Shown here one piece after another: positions 41,590-49,832 of a stretch of 64,000 bases of DNA. Location of the stretch: positions 351-64,350 of the forward strand of contig CALCKW010000059.1 of the NCBI GenBank assembly GCA_937965695.1, read 5' to 3'. Origin of the DNA: an uncultured Granulosicoccaceae bacterium (GTDB taxonomy: Bacteria > Pseudomonadota > Gammaproteobacteria > CALCKW01). The notes beneath the pieces were generated by a model. It saw only the letters and a list, made by a program, of their open reading frames with translations, ran no database searches and was not told where the DNA came from. Every line of letters begins with the position of its first letter. Position 1 is the stretch's first letter. Both the position numbers and the translations under genes were made by a program.

Positions 41590-42729
41590 TTACCTGCCTG
41601 ACGGACTCTCACTCGGTGAAAGTTTTTTACGCTTTCCCAGCTTAAAGCGATCGGCTGTTGCGTATTCGCCTGCGGCGACACCGGCAGCAAAATCGCCAAA
41701 CACTGGGCCATGCTTGAACAGGTGGCCTGAACAACCACCGACCATCAACACCTTGTCGTGGGCAGGATGCCAGTCAACGATAAAATGCGTGTCAGGTGTA
41801 AGGATGATCTGATTGAACTTGCTGTCGACCACGCGCTCTCCCTCAAGACCAGGAAGGCGCTTACGGATGTATTGGCGTGTGCGGTCAATGGTGGAGCGGC
41901 GAATGAGTCGCTCGTCGTTATCTAGGTCAATTTTGTCCGGGATAACGACCGCTGCTTTAACACCGTGACCCTCCACTGAAGGCATACCAAAGCTGCCCTG
42001 ACCGTGGTCAATCCAGCAAGGCATATTGCTGTGGTCGTAACGCTCATTTCCAGCAGGCGTAGCGGTATAGAGTACATTGACACCTACCACCGTACTGATT
42101 GGTTTGATGGTGCGTGGAAACATATCAGCCATCCATGGCCCCGTAGCGATGATAATGCGATCCGCTTGCATGCGCTTGCCATCCAGCAGCGGGTATTCGT
42201 CGGCGTCTGTGCTGACAGCACCACGTTTGACGACACCCCCCAATTTCTGAAACAACTGCACCGCGGAAATAACCGCGCGGTGAGCCATTAGCAAGCCTGC
42301 CTCTGGTTCGTATATACCGTAAGCGATGTCATCGCTCTTGAACTGCGGAAATCTCACCGCCAGTTCACGTTGATCAAAGCGGTGGTGAGGGACACCCAGC
42401 TTGGAGAACGTTTCGCAGGTAGCGTCCTCCCAGTCGCAGTGCCCAGCGGTTGCCAAAATGAGGGCCCCGCATTCGTAGTAAAGGCGCTGTCCTGTTTCCT
42501 CTTGCAATTCAAGCCACTGCAGGCGTGCTTCTCGAGCCCAACGCGTGTAGAACTCGTCGCGGCCGTGAATGGCACGGATGACCCGGTTGTAATCGGTTGA
42601 CGACGCGCGCGGATGGCCTGGCTCCCATTTGTCGATCAACGTAACAGAGTGTCCTCGTCGCTGCAGAGATAGGGCGGTCATGGTGCCTGCGATACCGGCA
42701 CCCACCACAATAATGTCGTTGAAATTCAT
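41590..42729 (-). CDS. FAD-dependent oxidoreductase, DAO family (sarcosine-oxidase-beta / gamma-glutamyl-amine oxidase PuuB / opine-oxidase-like)
   Basis: The start is at MNFNDIIVVGAGIAGTMTALSL, a dinucleotide-binding motif, and the ORF is about 380 aa. It is divergent from the GS-like gene and shares the palindrome-bearing intergenic region. Confidence 0.75.
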   Translation of the reverse strand: MNFNDIIVVGAGIAGTMTALSLQRRGHSVTLIDKWEPGHPRASSTDYNRVIRAIHGRDEFYTRWAREARLQWLELQEETGQRLYYECGALILATAGHCDWEDATCETFSKLGVPHHRFDQRELAVRFPQFKSDDIAYGIYEPEAGLLMAHRAVISAVQLFQKLGGVVKRGAVSTDADEYPLLDGKRMQADRIIIATGPWMADMFPRTIKPISTVVGVNVLYTATPAGNERYDHSNMPCWIDHGQGSFGMPSVEGHGVKAAVVIPDKIDLDNDERLIRRSTIDRTRQYIRKRLPGLEGERVVDSKFNQIILTPDTHFIVDWHPAHDKVLMVGGCSGHLFKHGPVFGDFAAGVAAGEYATADRFKLGKRKKLSPSESPSGR

Positions 42730-42763
42730 TAATGTTCCAAAAAAACGTTGCAATTCGCGTTGA

Positions 42764-42780
42764 TTGAATACAGTATACAA
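42764..42780. promoter_or_regulatory. 17-bp near-palindrome TTGAATAC-A-GTATACAA, a candidate GntR-type operator in the divergent promoter region of the DAO gene and the BMC operon
   Basis: I read this directly from the sequence. A nearly identical element, cTGTATAC-A-GTATACAA, lies at 55538..55554. Confidence 0.45.
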
Positions 42781-42853
42781 AAACGCGAAAATGAGCAAGA
42801 TAAAGCATCGGATAGATGTATAGTAACGGTAAATCAACTCGGAGAGGTCGCAT

Positions 42854-44149
42854 ATGAATCAGCTGGATCCCACACTGCCTGAGGGTATTCACACTGTCGC
42901 CATGGGCATTGGAGACGCCAACGGCATCATGCGTGGCAAACGGATTCCCGCCAGTCATTGGAAATCGATCTGTGACGGGGGATGCACTATGTCACTCGCG
43001 ACCTTCGCTATTGATATGACGTGTGATGTTTGGGACACGCCCTATGTCAATTTCGACAACGGTTATCCGGATATGCATATTTTTCCGATCTCTCAGCCCA
43101 AAGAATGCCCGTGGGAGCCAGGGGTGGCCGTGTGTATGGCACAGGCCGTTGGCACAGACCATAAACCTGTGCCAATAGATCCTCGAAATGCGCTTGTTCG
43201 ACAGGTAGAGCGCGCACGAGAGATGGGTTTTGAAGTGAGTGTGGGGACAGAGCTGGAGTTTTATTTGCTTGACCCAGAAACTAAGATGCCTAAAGACGCA
43301 GGCATTGGTGTCTACAGCTTGGTGCGGGCTGCTGAGCTTGAACATGTGCTCGGGCCGATTCGCAATGGCTTGGTCGAAGTGGGTATTCCTATAGAACAAT
43401 CCAATCCCGAGTATGCCGCTGGTCAGGTGGAAGTGAATATTCGCTTTGACGAGGCACTGTTAGCCGCCGATCGTGTCGTGATGTTTCGCAATCTGGTGAA
43501 AGAACTTTCAATGCATCACGGCTACTTGGCAACGTTCATGTCCAAGCCCTTTTTGGAAGAGTCGGGTAGTGGCTTTCACACCCATTACTCGCTGTGGCGA
43601 GACGGTAAAAATCAGTTCAGTGATGATGGCAAGTTTAACCAACTCGGTCGTCATTTTGTGGCGGGCTTGCAAAAAAGAATGGCGGAGATGGCGCTTGCTT
43701 CAGCGTCTAACCCCAATGCCTATCGCCGACGTCAGCCATATACTTTTTGCCCGACCAATACCAGTTGGGGCCCCGACAATCGCACGGTGGGTTTGCGCGT
43801 GATCGAAGGCTCTGAAAGTGCTGCTCGTATCGAAAAACGTGATGGATCTGCAGATTGCAATCCTTATTACTTGCTCGCTTGCGAGTTGGCGGCGGGCCTG
43901 GATGGTATCGAGGCTGGCGAGGAGCCGTCTGAAATGACCACGGGCAATGCCTATGAATCCGAGACTGAAGGTCTTATCCCCGCTGACATGGCCACTGCAA
44001 TAGCCTTGGCGAAAGAGTCAACGTTTATGCGTGACGTTATGGGTGAAAGCGGGCTTCAGATCATGATTCAACAAGCAGAGCGAGAACTCGAATTCATCGC
44101 GACACCAATATCACCGGTAGAGATTGAGCGCTACCTTGGAAACTTTTAA
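42854..44149 (+). CDS. Glutamine-synthetase-family ligase (gamma-glutamyl-amine synthetase; GmaS/PuuA/IpuC-like)
   Basis: The ORF is 431 aa with a GS catalytic-domain pattern (…EVNIRFDEAL…GSGFHTHYSLW…NPYY…). Its stop overlaps the start of the BMC vertex gene (TAATG). Confidence 0.75.
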   Translation: MNQLDPTLPEGIHTVAMGIGDANGIMRGKRIPASHWKSICDGGCTMSLATFAIDMTCDVWDTPYVNFDNGYPDMHIFPISQPKECPWEPGVAVCMAQAVGTDHKPVPIDPRNALVRQVERAREMGFEVSVGTELEFYLLDPETKMPKDAGIGVYSLVRAAELEHVLGPIRNGLVEVGIPIEQSNPEYAAGQVEVNIRFDEALLAADRVVMFRNLVKELSMHHGYLATFMSKPFLEESGSGFHTHYSLWRDGKNQFSDDGKFNQLGRHFVAGLQKRMAEMALASASNPNAYRRRQPYTFCPTNTSWGPDNRTVGLRVIEGSESAARIEKRDGSADCNPYYLLACELAAGLDGIEAGEEPSEMTTGNAYESETEGLIPADMATAIALAKESTFMRDVMGESGLQIMIQQAERELEFIATPISPVEIERYLGNF

Positions 44150-44442
44150 TGCGCTTGGCTAATGTCACAGGCACTGTCACAGCGACAGTCAAATCTCAGT
44201 CGCTAACTGGGTTGAAGTTTTTGCTGGTGGACTATACAGACGCCGGCGGCAAAGTTATCGATGCGGCACGTGTTGTTGCGGACGATGTTGGTGCCGGCGT
44301 AGGTGACCAAGTCATTGTCAGCGAAGGATCAGCCGCACGATTACCCAATGGCATGGCAGGCTTAGCGGTGGACGCGACGGTTTTGGCCATTGTGGACGAG
44401 GTTAAAACAAAGGCAAGAAGGGCGGCAGCCAAGTCCGGCTGA
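44149..44442 (+). CDS. Bacterial microcompartment vertex protein (BMC-P; EutN/CcmL/PduN family)
   Basis: The sequence MRLANVTGTVTATVKSQSLTGLKFLLVDY…VGAGVGDQVIVSEGSAARL… has the typical EutN/CcmL pattern. The ORF is 97 aa. Confidence 0.85.
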   Translation: MRLANVTGTVTATVKSQSLTGLKFLLVDYTDAGGKVIDAARVVADDVGAGVGDQVIVSEGSAARLPNGMAGLAVDATVLAIVDEVKTKARRAAAKSG

Positions 44443-44557
44443 GATCCTATTAAATCTAGAACAGCTAAAAGGGCATAAGGCTCTTTTTACGAGCAGATTG
44501 GTTTTTACTTAAAGATCAATTGGTGCTTTTGAATATCACTTATAAAGGAAAAAAGTC

Positions 44558-44866
44558 ATGGCGACAAAACAAGCACCCGGGCAGTCAGCACTGGGCATGA
44601 TCGAGACACGGGGTTTGGTAGCAGCGGTTGAAGCGGCCGACGCAATGGTAAAAGCAGCTAACGTCACTATCGTAGGGCAAACCAAGGCTGGTGGTGGACT
44701 GATCACAATCCTAATCCGCGGCGAAGTCGGTGCTGTTAAAGCTGCAGCTGATGCTGGTGCCAATGCTGCAAATAAAGTGGGTGATGTTGTGGCCGTCCAC
44801 GTCATTCCGCGACCACACGATGAAGTCGAAGGAATTTTGAGCGCACTCGGCGGTGGCGGCGAGTAG
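44558..44866 (+). CDS. Bacterial microcompartment hexamer shell protein (BMC-H; PduA/EutM/CcmK family)
   Basis: The canonical Pfam00936 pattern is present: [58 protein letters not shown]…VHVIPRPH. The ORF is 102 aa. Confidence 0.9.
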   Translation: MATKQAPGQSALGMIETRGLVAAVEAADAMVKAANVTIVGQTKAGGGLITILIRGEVGAVKAAADAGANAANKVGDVVAVHVIPRPHDEVEGILSALGGGGE

Positions 44867-45035
44867 TGCTCTGACAACGCGGCAAATTAGGATGCAGCGT
44901 GCCGTCGTATTTTTAGATATTCGAGCTAGTTATGAATCGCATTTTATTGACAATCATAGGTAATGCTAAGCGGGTGTCCTTTAGGAACGCTTTTGCTTCA
45001 TTTGTGCCGCGCTTTCAGAGCACGGAGGCTAACTG

Positions 45036-46244
45036 ATGAGCGACGTGGACTTCGAGCGCTTCACCCAGTCTCTGGGTGTTCAAACGTCAGGAGCAAGCGC
45101 TGCTACTTCGGCGAAACGTTTTGAGCGCGCATGCGTATTGGGTGGAGACAGCGATGCCTGGTTGTTGGCGGCAATTTGTGTGGCCAATGACACTCCGGTG
45201 AAATTGTTTTCTGCCTACGCTGCTGAGCTTGACCCACTGCGCTCAGCCGGTGGTGTGACACTGCGAGGCGCTGGACCCATAGGAACTGTCGCACTAGATC
45301 AAAGTAAGTCTGCAAGCATTGAGACAACCACGGTGCTTGATTCAGCTGTCAATGACAGCGATATCATCTTTTTAACTGGGCCAGTGCACAAACTGCGCAC
45401 CTGGGCGATGGTGTTGGCAGGTCATCTGCGTGATGGTCAGGTCGTTGTCGTTTTGAATGCTCGTACATTTGGCGCTTTAGAGACTCGAAGTTTGTTGAGG
45501 CTAGGTGGTAGTACGGCAGATTGCACTATCGTCGAGTTGCAAGGTGCACCTTGGTGGTTAGCTGCTTCAGGCACCCAACTGCAACTTTCAAAACGGACGG
45601 CCCCATTGGCGGCCACGCTTCCAGCTCGGCGCGAGCATGTGCTTCAGGGTTTGCAGGCTTTGATTGGTAAAATACAACCATGTACCTCAACACTCTACAG
45701 CAGTTTTGGAGATTGCAGTGGTGTTGTGGAATTACCTGCATTGGTGCTAGGCGGTCCGTTCAATCCCAACGGGGGACCAGCTGTTCCGGATGGTGCAAAC
45801 GCACTGCCTGTACATCAGAATTTTCATAACCTATTTGGTGAAAGCCATCGGCTTGTAGCCTCGCAATTGCTCGACGAACGTCGTTTGGTGGCCTCCAAGT
45901 TTGGTGTGCGAGATCTACCAAATCTTGAGTTGGCATTGAGCGACTATGCAGGCGGGGTTGAAGCAGATGATTCACGCGCAATTCCCAACTTGCAGCAAAG
46001 CAGAGAGATGCTCCGCTGTGCAGTAATTGCGTCGCTATTGCCATTGCAAAGTGCTGCGCAGTTGGCGGGTGTTGCAGTTCCTGTAACGCAGGCGATGACG
46101 ACACTGGGTAGCAGTTTGCTCGACGCTGATTTAACGGCGGCTGGACGATGGCTCGAAAGTTTGGGTGTGGCCAGTACGAGTTTCGATGATTGCAAGCGAT
46201 CTTTAGCTGAACTAATAGACGGAGAATCTAGCGGTGGACGCTGA
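45036..46244 (+). CDS. Opine-dehydrogenase-like (octopine/nopaline DH family) protein with N-terminal amphipathic-helix-plus-linker extension
   Basis: It is collinear with Arthrobacter-type opine dehydrogenase. The matching pairs are DSDIIFLTGPVHKLRTWAMVLAGHLRDGQVVVVLNARTFGALETRSLL versus DADVILIVVPAIHHASIAANIASYISEGQLIILNPGATGGALEFRKIL, and LLDERRLVASKFGV versus VDAERIAIAKAFDL. The GxGxxG motif is replaced by GGDSDAW. The first ~30 aa (VDFERFTQSL plus a GASAATSA linker) are extra. This assignment is by recalled homology and is not searched. Confidence 0.5.
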   Translation: MSDVDFERFTQSLGVQTSGASAATSAKRFERACVLGGDSDAWLLAAICVANDTPVKLFSAYAAELDPLRSAGGVTLRGAGPIGTVALDQSKSASIETTTVLDSAVNDSDIIFLTGPVHKLRTWAMVLAGHLRDGQVVVVLNARTFGALETRSLLRLGGSTADCTIVELQGAPWWLAASGTQLQLSKRTAPLAATLPARREHVLQGLQALIGKIQPCTSTLYSSFGDCSGVVELPALVLGGPFNPNGGPAVPDGANALPVHQNFHNLFGESHRLVASQLLDERRLVASKFGVRDLPNLELALSDYAGGVEADDSRAIPNLQQSREMLRCAVIASLLPLQSAAQLAGVAVPVTQAMTTLGSSLLDADLTAAGRWLESLGVASTSFDDCKRSLAELIDGESSGGR

Positions 46245-47613
46245 TTTAAGATCAATACAAGCAGCACGTGAGGCGGCCGATAAGGCTTTCACCGCATGGC
46301 AGACTTTTAAAAACACGGACCCAGCACAGATTGATGAAATAGTGCAGGCGATGGCGCGTGCCATTGAGCCTGAGGCCCTACGCTTGGCTGAGCTAGCGGT
46401 CGAAGAAACGGGTTACGGGAATGTGCCGGATAAACGCATAAAAAATCTGTTTAATTCTCTTTCAGTGGCTGAATGGCTGCGCGACATTAAGACGCTGGGC
46501 TTGTTGTGGCAGGATGAGCGAACCAAAATTGCCGCAATCGGTGAACCGATGGGTTTGGTGGCAGCGTTGATCCCGGTGACAAATCCCACATCGACCATTA
46601 TTTATAAGGTTTTGTCGGCTGTTAAGGCTGGCAACGCTATTGTTTGCGCGCCGCATCCACGTGGGGTCAAAAGCGGTGTTGCAACCGTAGAAATCATGGC
46701 GCGTGTTGCCGAGCAAATGGGTGCGCCTAAGGGACTCATTCAGTGTTTGGATCAAGTGACAAACCAAGGCACTGCTGAACTCATGAAACATCGACGTACG
46801 TCGGTGGTTATGGCTACCGGTGGACCGGCCATGGTGCAGGCCGCTTATTCATCTGGTAAGCCAACTCTGGCTGTTGGAGCAGGTAATGTGCCTTGTTATG
46901 TCCATGCCTCAAAAAAATCGGAACTAGCCGAGGTCGCTGAACAAATATTGACCTCTAAGAGCTTTGACTACGGCACCGCTTGTGTCTCGGAGCAGGCGAT
47001 TGTTGTCGATCGTGAAATTGCCGGGCAGTTGCGGCATGAGATGCGTATGCGTGGTGGTTATTTTTGCACCGCTTCCGAAGCTGAGCGTTTGGCAAAAGTG
47101 ATCTTTACGCCAAATAACAGCATGAACCCAAACAATGTAGGTCAATCACCTGAGAGTTTGGCTTCGCAGGCGGATATCCAAATTCCACCCAATTGCCGCG
47201 CTCTTATTGCCGATCAAAGTGAAATAGGCTGGCATGCTCCCTTGTCCGCAGAGAAATTAAACCCGGTGTTGGCTTGGTACGAAAGCAAAGACAGCGACGA
47301 GGGCATCGACATCTCTGAGCGGATCGCTAAGTTTGGCGGTTGGGGCCACAGTGCGGTGGTGCATTCAAATGATCCCGGCATTGTGAGTCAGTACAGCCGC
47401 CTGCCCGTTGGGCGTGTGCTGGCCAACACACCCGGTATTTTGGGTGGTATGGGATTCTCGACGGATCTAGAACCGAGTTTCATGCTGGGAACAGGCACCT
47501 CTTCTGGCTCCATTGTTTCTGACAATGTGACAGCCTTGCATTTGATTAATATAAAACGTGTCGCTTGGCAAAATAGGCCATGGCGAGACATCTATGATAT
47601 CTACGGAGAATAA
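46234..47613 (+). CDS. CoA-acylating aldehyde dehydrogenase (EutE/PduP-type metabolosome signature enzyme)
   Basis: The ORF is 459 aa in the ALDH superfamily. It has the BMC-AldDH-style N-terminal region (…FKNTDPAQIDEIVQAMARAIE…) and a catalytic Cys context (GTACVSEQ). It overlaps the upstream gene by 11 nt and sits between shell genes. Confidence 0.75.
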   Translation: MDADLRSIQAAREAADKAFTAWQTFKNTDPAQIDEIVQAMARAIEPEALRLAELAVEETGYGNVPDKRIKNLFNSLSVAEWLRDIKTLGLLWQDERTKIAAIGEPMGLVAALIPVTNPTSTIIYKVLSAVKAGNAIVCAPHPRGVKSGVATVEIMARVAEQMGAPKGLIQCLDQVTNQGTAELMKHRRTSVVMATGGPAMVQAAYSSGKPTLAVGAGNVPCYVHASKKSELAEVAEQILTSKSFDYGTACVSEQAIVVDREIAGQLRHEMRMRGGYFCTASEAERLAKVIFTPNNSMNPNNVGQSPESLASQADIQIPPNCRALIADQSEIGWHAPLSAEKLNPVLAWYESKDSDEGIDISERIAKFGGWGHSAVVHSNDPGIVSQYSRLPVGRVLANTPGILGGMGFSTDLEPSFMLGTGTSSGSIVSDNVTALHLINIKRVAWQNRPWRDIYDIYGE

Positions 47614-47615
47614 GC

Positions 47616-48242
47616 GTGGCGAGTAAAATTACTATACGAGCGTTGATGCAGATCGACCGCTTGCAGCCAAAATTTGCTGCCTACAACGGTGCAACGGTAC
47701 AAGGTTCTGTGCCGCTCGCGGGCGATACCGTGCTTATTGGTGAGTTTGCACCTGGGAATGGGGTGTTTACCTTAATTGATAAGGCGCTGAAAGCGAGCGC
47801 TGTTGAGGCTACTTCGCAGTTGGTCGAGCGCGAGTTTGGTTTTTTTATTCTTCGTTCTACGTCTAACGCGGAAGTGAGTGCGGCGAGAGATGCCATTCTC
47901 TCGGAGTTAGGCGCAAGCATGGAATCGCGTATCAAGCCTCAGCTTGAGTCTACTCAAATCATAACCTCCGTTGAGCCCTATCAAGCCCAATTGATTAATA
48001 AGTGGCGTAAAGGCGCATTGCTGGTTCCTGGCCAGACACTGGGTATTGTTGAGTGCTCGCCAGCGGCTTATATCTCTGTTGCGGCCAACGAAGCTGAAAA
48101 GGCAGCTCACATAGATATTGTAGAAGTGAGGGCGGTAGGACGTTTTGGTCGTTTGTTTATTTCTGGTGGTGAAGACGATGTGAAGACCGCCATCGCAGCC
48201 GCGAGCAAAGCCATTGAAGCAATGGATGGGCAGTCGGCCTAA
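47616..48242 (+). CDS. Tandem-BMC-domain shell protein (BMC-T, PduT-like)
   Basis: The ORF is 208 aa. The second half (TLGIVECSPAAYISVAANEAEKAAHIDIVEVRAVGRFGRLFISGGEDDVKTAIAAASKAIE) is a clear BMC domain. The first half is a more divergent BMC-like domain. Confidence 0.6.
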   Translation: MASKITIRALMQIDRLQPKFAAYNGATVQGSVPLAGDTVLIGEFAPGNGVFTLIDKALKASAVEATSQLVEREFGFFILRSTSNAEVSAARDAILSELGASMESRIKPQLESTQIITSVEPYQAQLINKWRKGALLVPGQTLGIVECSPAAYISVAANEAEKAAHIDIVEVRAVGRFGRLFISGGEDDVKTAIAAASKAIEAMDGQSA

Positions 48243-49423
48243 TGGCGGATTTGGTCAGCGATGCGGATGTCATTGCCGCTCATCGTCGAGGGCGGATGGT
48301 GATAGAAATCGTACCGGGAACGATTGTTACACAGCAAGCTCGTGATACTGCAGCGCGGCTGGGCGTCTCGCTACACGAGGGTTTGCTGGAGCGTCCTCAA
48401 GCGCCTCGCACTGATGGCAATGTGAGTTTGAGGCGTAACTTATGGCGTCGTAACCCTGGCTGGATTTCACCGCTAAATAAACCGACACCACGTGCACGCC
48501 GTATAAAAAAGTTAGCACTGATAGGTGCTGGCGGGGTAGGTGCCAATATTGCGCATTTGGTGTGCAATGCTCACTCAGCTGATCTAGTGTGCTTAATAGA
48601 TGTGGTGCCGGGCTTGGCAGAATCTGTCGCTTTGGACCTTGAGCATGCCACCGGTGTCAATCGATCTGCAACACGCGTCAGTGGTGGAGAATCGCTGCAA
48701 GCGGTTGCGGGTGCTGAAGTGGTTGTTGTTACAGCAGGGCGACCGCGTACACCGGGTATGGGTCGCAGTGATCTGCTGGATATTAACCGACGTGTTATCC
48801 GAACGGCAGCTCAGGCGATCAGTGAGCATGCACCAGAGGCGATTGTTATTGTTGTCACCAATCCCCTCGACGAGATGACCGTTGAAATGCTTCGCGCAAC
48901 AGGATTTCCGAGACAGCGAGTGCTTGGCATGGCCGGCACACTTGACAGCAGCCGGTTCCGCCGTGCACTAGCAAAAGAAGCGGGTGTTGCGGTGGCTGAT
49001 GTAGAAGCCATAACACTCGGCAGCCATGGCGATGAAATGACGCCAATCACTTCTCGCGCCCGTATTCGCGGTCGTACGTTAGAGACTGTGTTGTCGCAAG
49101 AGCAAATAGACGCCTGCGCAAAAGATGCCGTCACCGGTGGAGGGCAGGTAGTAGCACTGCGCAAGACGGGTTCAGCGACTGTTGCGCCTGCACACTCAAC
49201 CGTAGAACTCATTGACCACATCCGAGGTGCACTGAATGGCGCTGTGCCAGTCTCGGTAATGCTAGAAGGCGAATACGGAATAACTGGCGTAGTTCTAGGG
49301 GTCCCTTGCTTGATTGGTGCTAGCGGTGTGTTGGAGGTAGAAGAGCTGGCCTTAAATGAATCTGAAAGTCAGATGCTTCACGCGGCGGCGCAAGCGATTA
49401 CAGAGCGATTGAACGATGCCTGA
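48242..49423 (+). CDS. Lactate/malate dehydrogenase-family NAD-dependent 2-hydroxyacid dehydrogenase with ~90-aa N-terminal extension
   Basis: The LDH/MDH core begins at about aa 95: LALIGAGGVGANIAHL, VVVTAGRPRTPGMGRSDLL and GSHGDEMTPI (catalytic His). The preceding 90 aa (MADLVSDADVIAAHRRGRMVIEIVPGTIVTQQARDTAARLGVSL…) are not part of the LDH fold. The start overlaps the BMC-T stop (TAATG). Confidence 0.75.
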   Translation: MADLVSDADVIAAHRRGRMVIEIVPGTIVTQQARDTAARLGVSLHEGLLERPQAPRTDGNVSLRRNLWRRNPGWISPLNKPTPRARRIKKLALIGAGGVGANIAHLVCNAHSADLVCLIDVVPGLAESVALDLEHATGVNRSATRVSGGESLQAVAGAEVVVVTAGRPRTPGMGRSDLLDINRRVIRTAAQAISEHAPEAIVIVVTNPLDEMTVEMLRATGFPRQRVLGMAGTLDSSRFRRALAKEAGVAVADVEAITLGSHGDEMTPITSRARIRGRTLETVLSQEQIDACAKDAVTGGGQVVALRKTGSATVAPAHSTVELIDHIRGALNGAVPVSVMLEGEYGITGVVLGVPCLIGASGVLEVEELALNESESQMLHAAAQAITERLNDA

Positions 49424-49832
49424 TCCTGTTTTGTTGAAAGCGGCAGGCGGTGGTCGATTTGAAAAAATTGGCGCCTACGCGCGAGCGCGTCGCGTGGGCC
49501 CTTTTGTGTATGTGGCAGGCACGACTGCGATAGCGTCAAACGGGCTACTGCACGCACCCGGTGACACTTACGCACAAACGCTTTTTATCTTTGAACGCAT
49601 AGAGCAAGCATTGGCCGATGTACAAGCTGAGATGCGACATGTGGTCCGCACCCGAGCATTTTTTAGCGAAATCGCCAACGGTGGCGATTTCGTTCGTGCG
49701 CATGGTGAGGTTTTTACGGGTATCGAACCCGTCACCAGTGGCGTCGCCGCTGGATTGACAACCCCGGGCATGATGATTGAAATCGAAGTGGATGCTTTAG
49801 TCCACGACACCCAAGGAAATATACAGTGGTGA
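49416..49832 (+). CDS. RidA/YjgF/TdcF-family reactive enamine/imine deaminase
   Basis: The ORF is 138 aa with a RidA family pattern (…FVYVAGTTA… …TRAFFSEI… …GIEPVTSGV… …IEIEVDALV). It overlaps both neighbours. Confidence 0.75.
   Translation: MPDPVLLKAAGGGRFEKIGAYARARRVGPFVYVAGTTAIASNGLLHAPGDTYAQTLFIFERIEQALADVQAEMRHVVRTRAFFSEIANGGDFVRAHGEVFTGIEPVTSGVAAGLTTPGMMIEIEVDALVHDTQGNIQW

Noticed and set aside
47616-47900. Alternative reading of the 208-aa shell protein as a single BMC-H with a long N-terminal extension rather than a tandem BMC-T
   Set aside because: I did not adopt this as the primary call, because the N-terminal half has BMC-like alternating hydrophobic and small-residue periodicity and the size matches PduT-like BMC-T. 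I cannot exclude it without a profile search.
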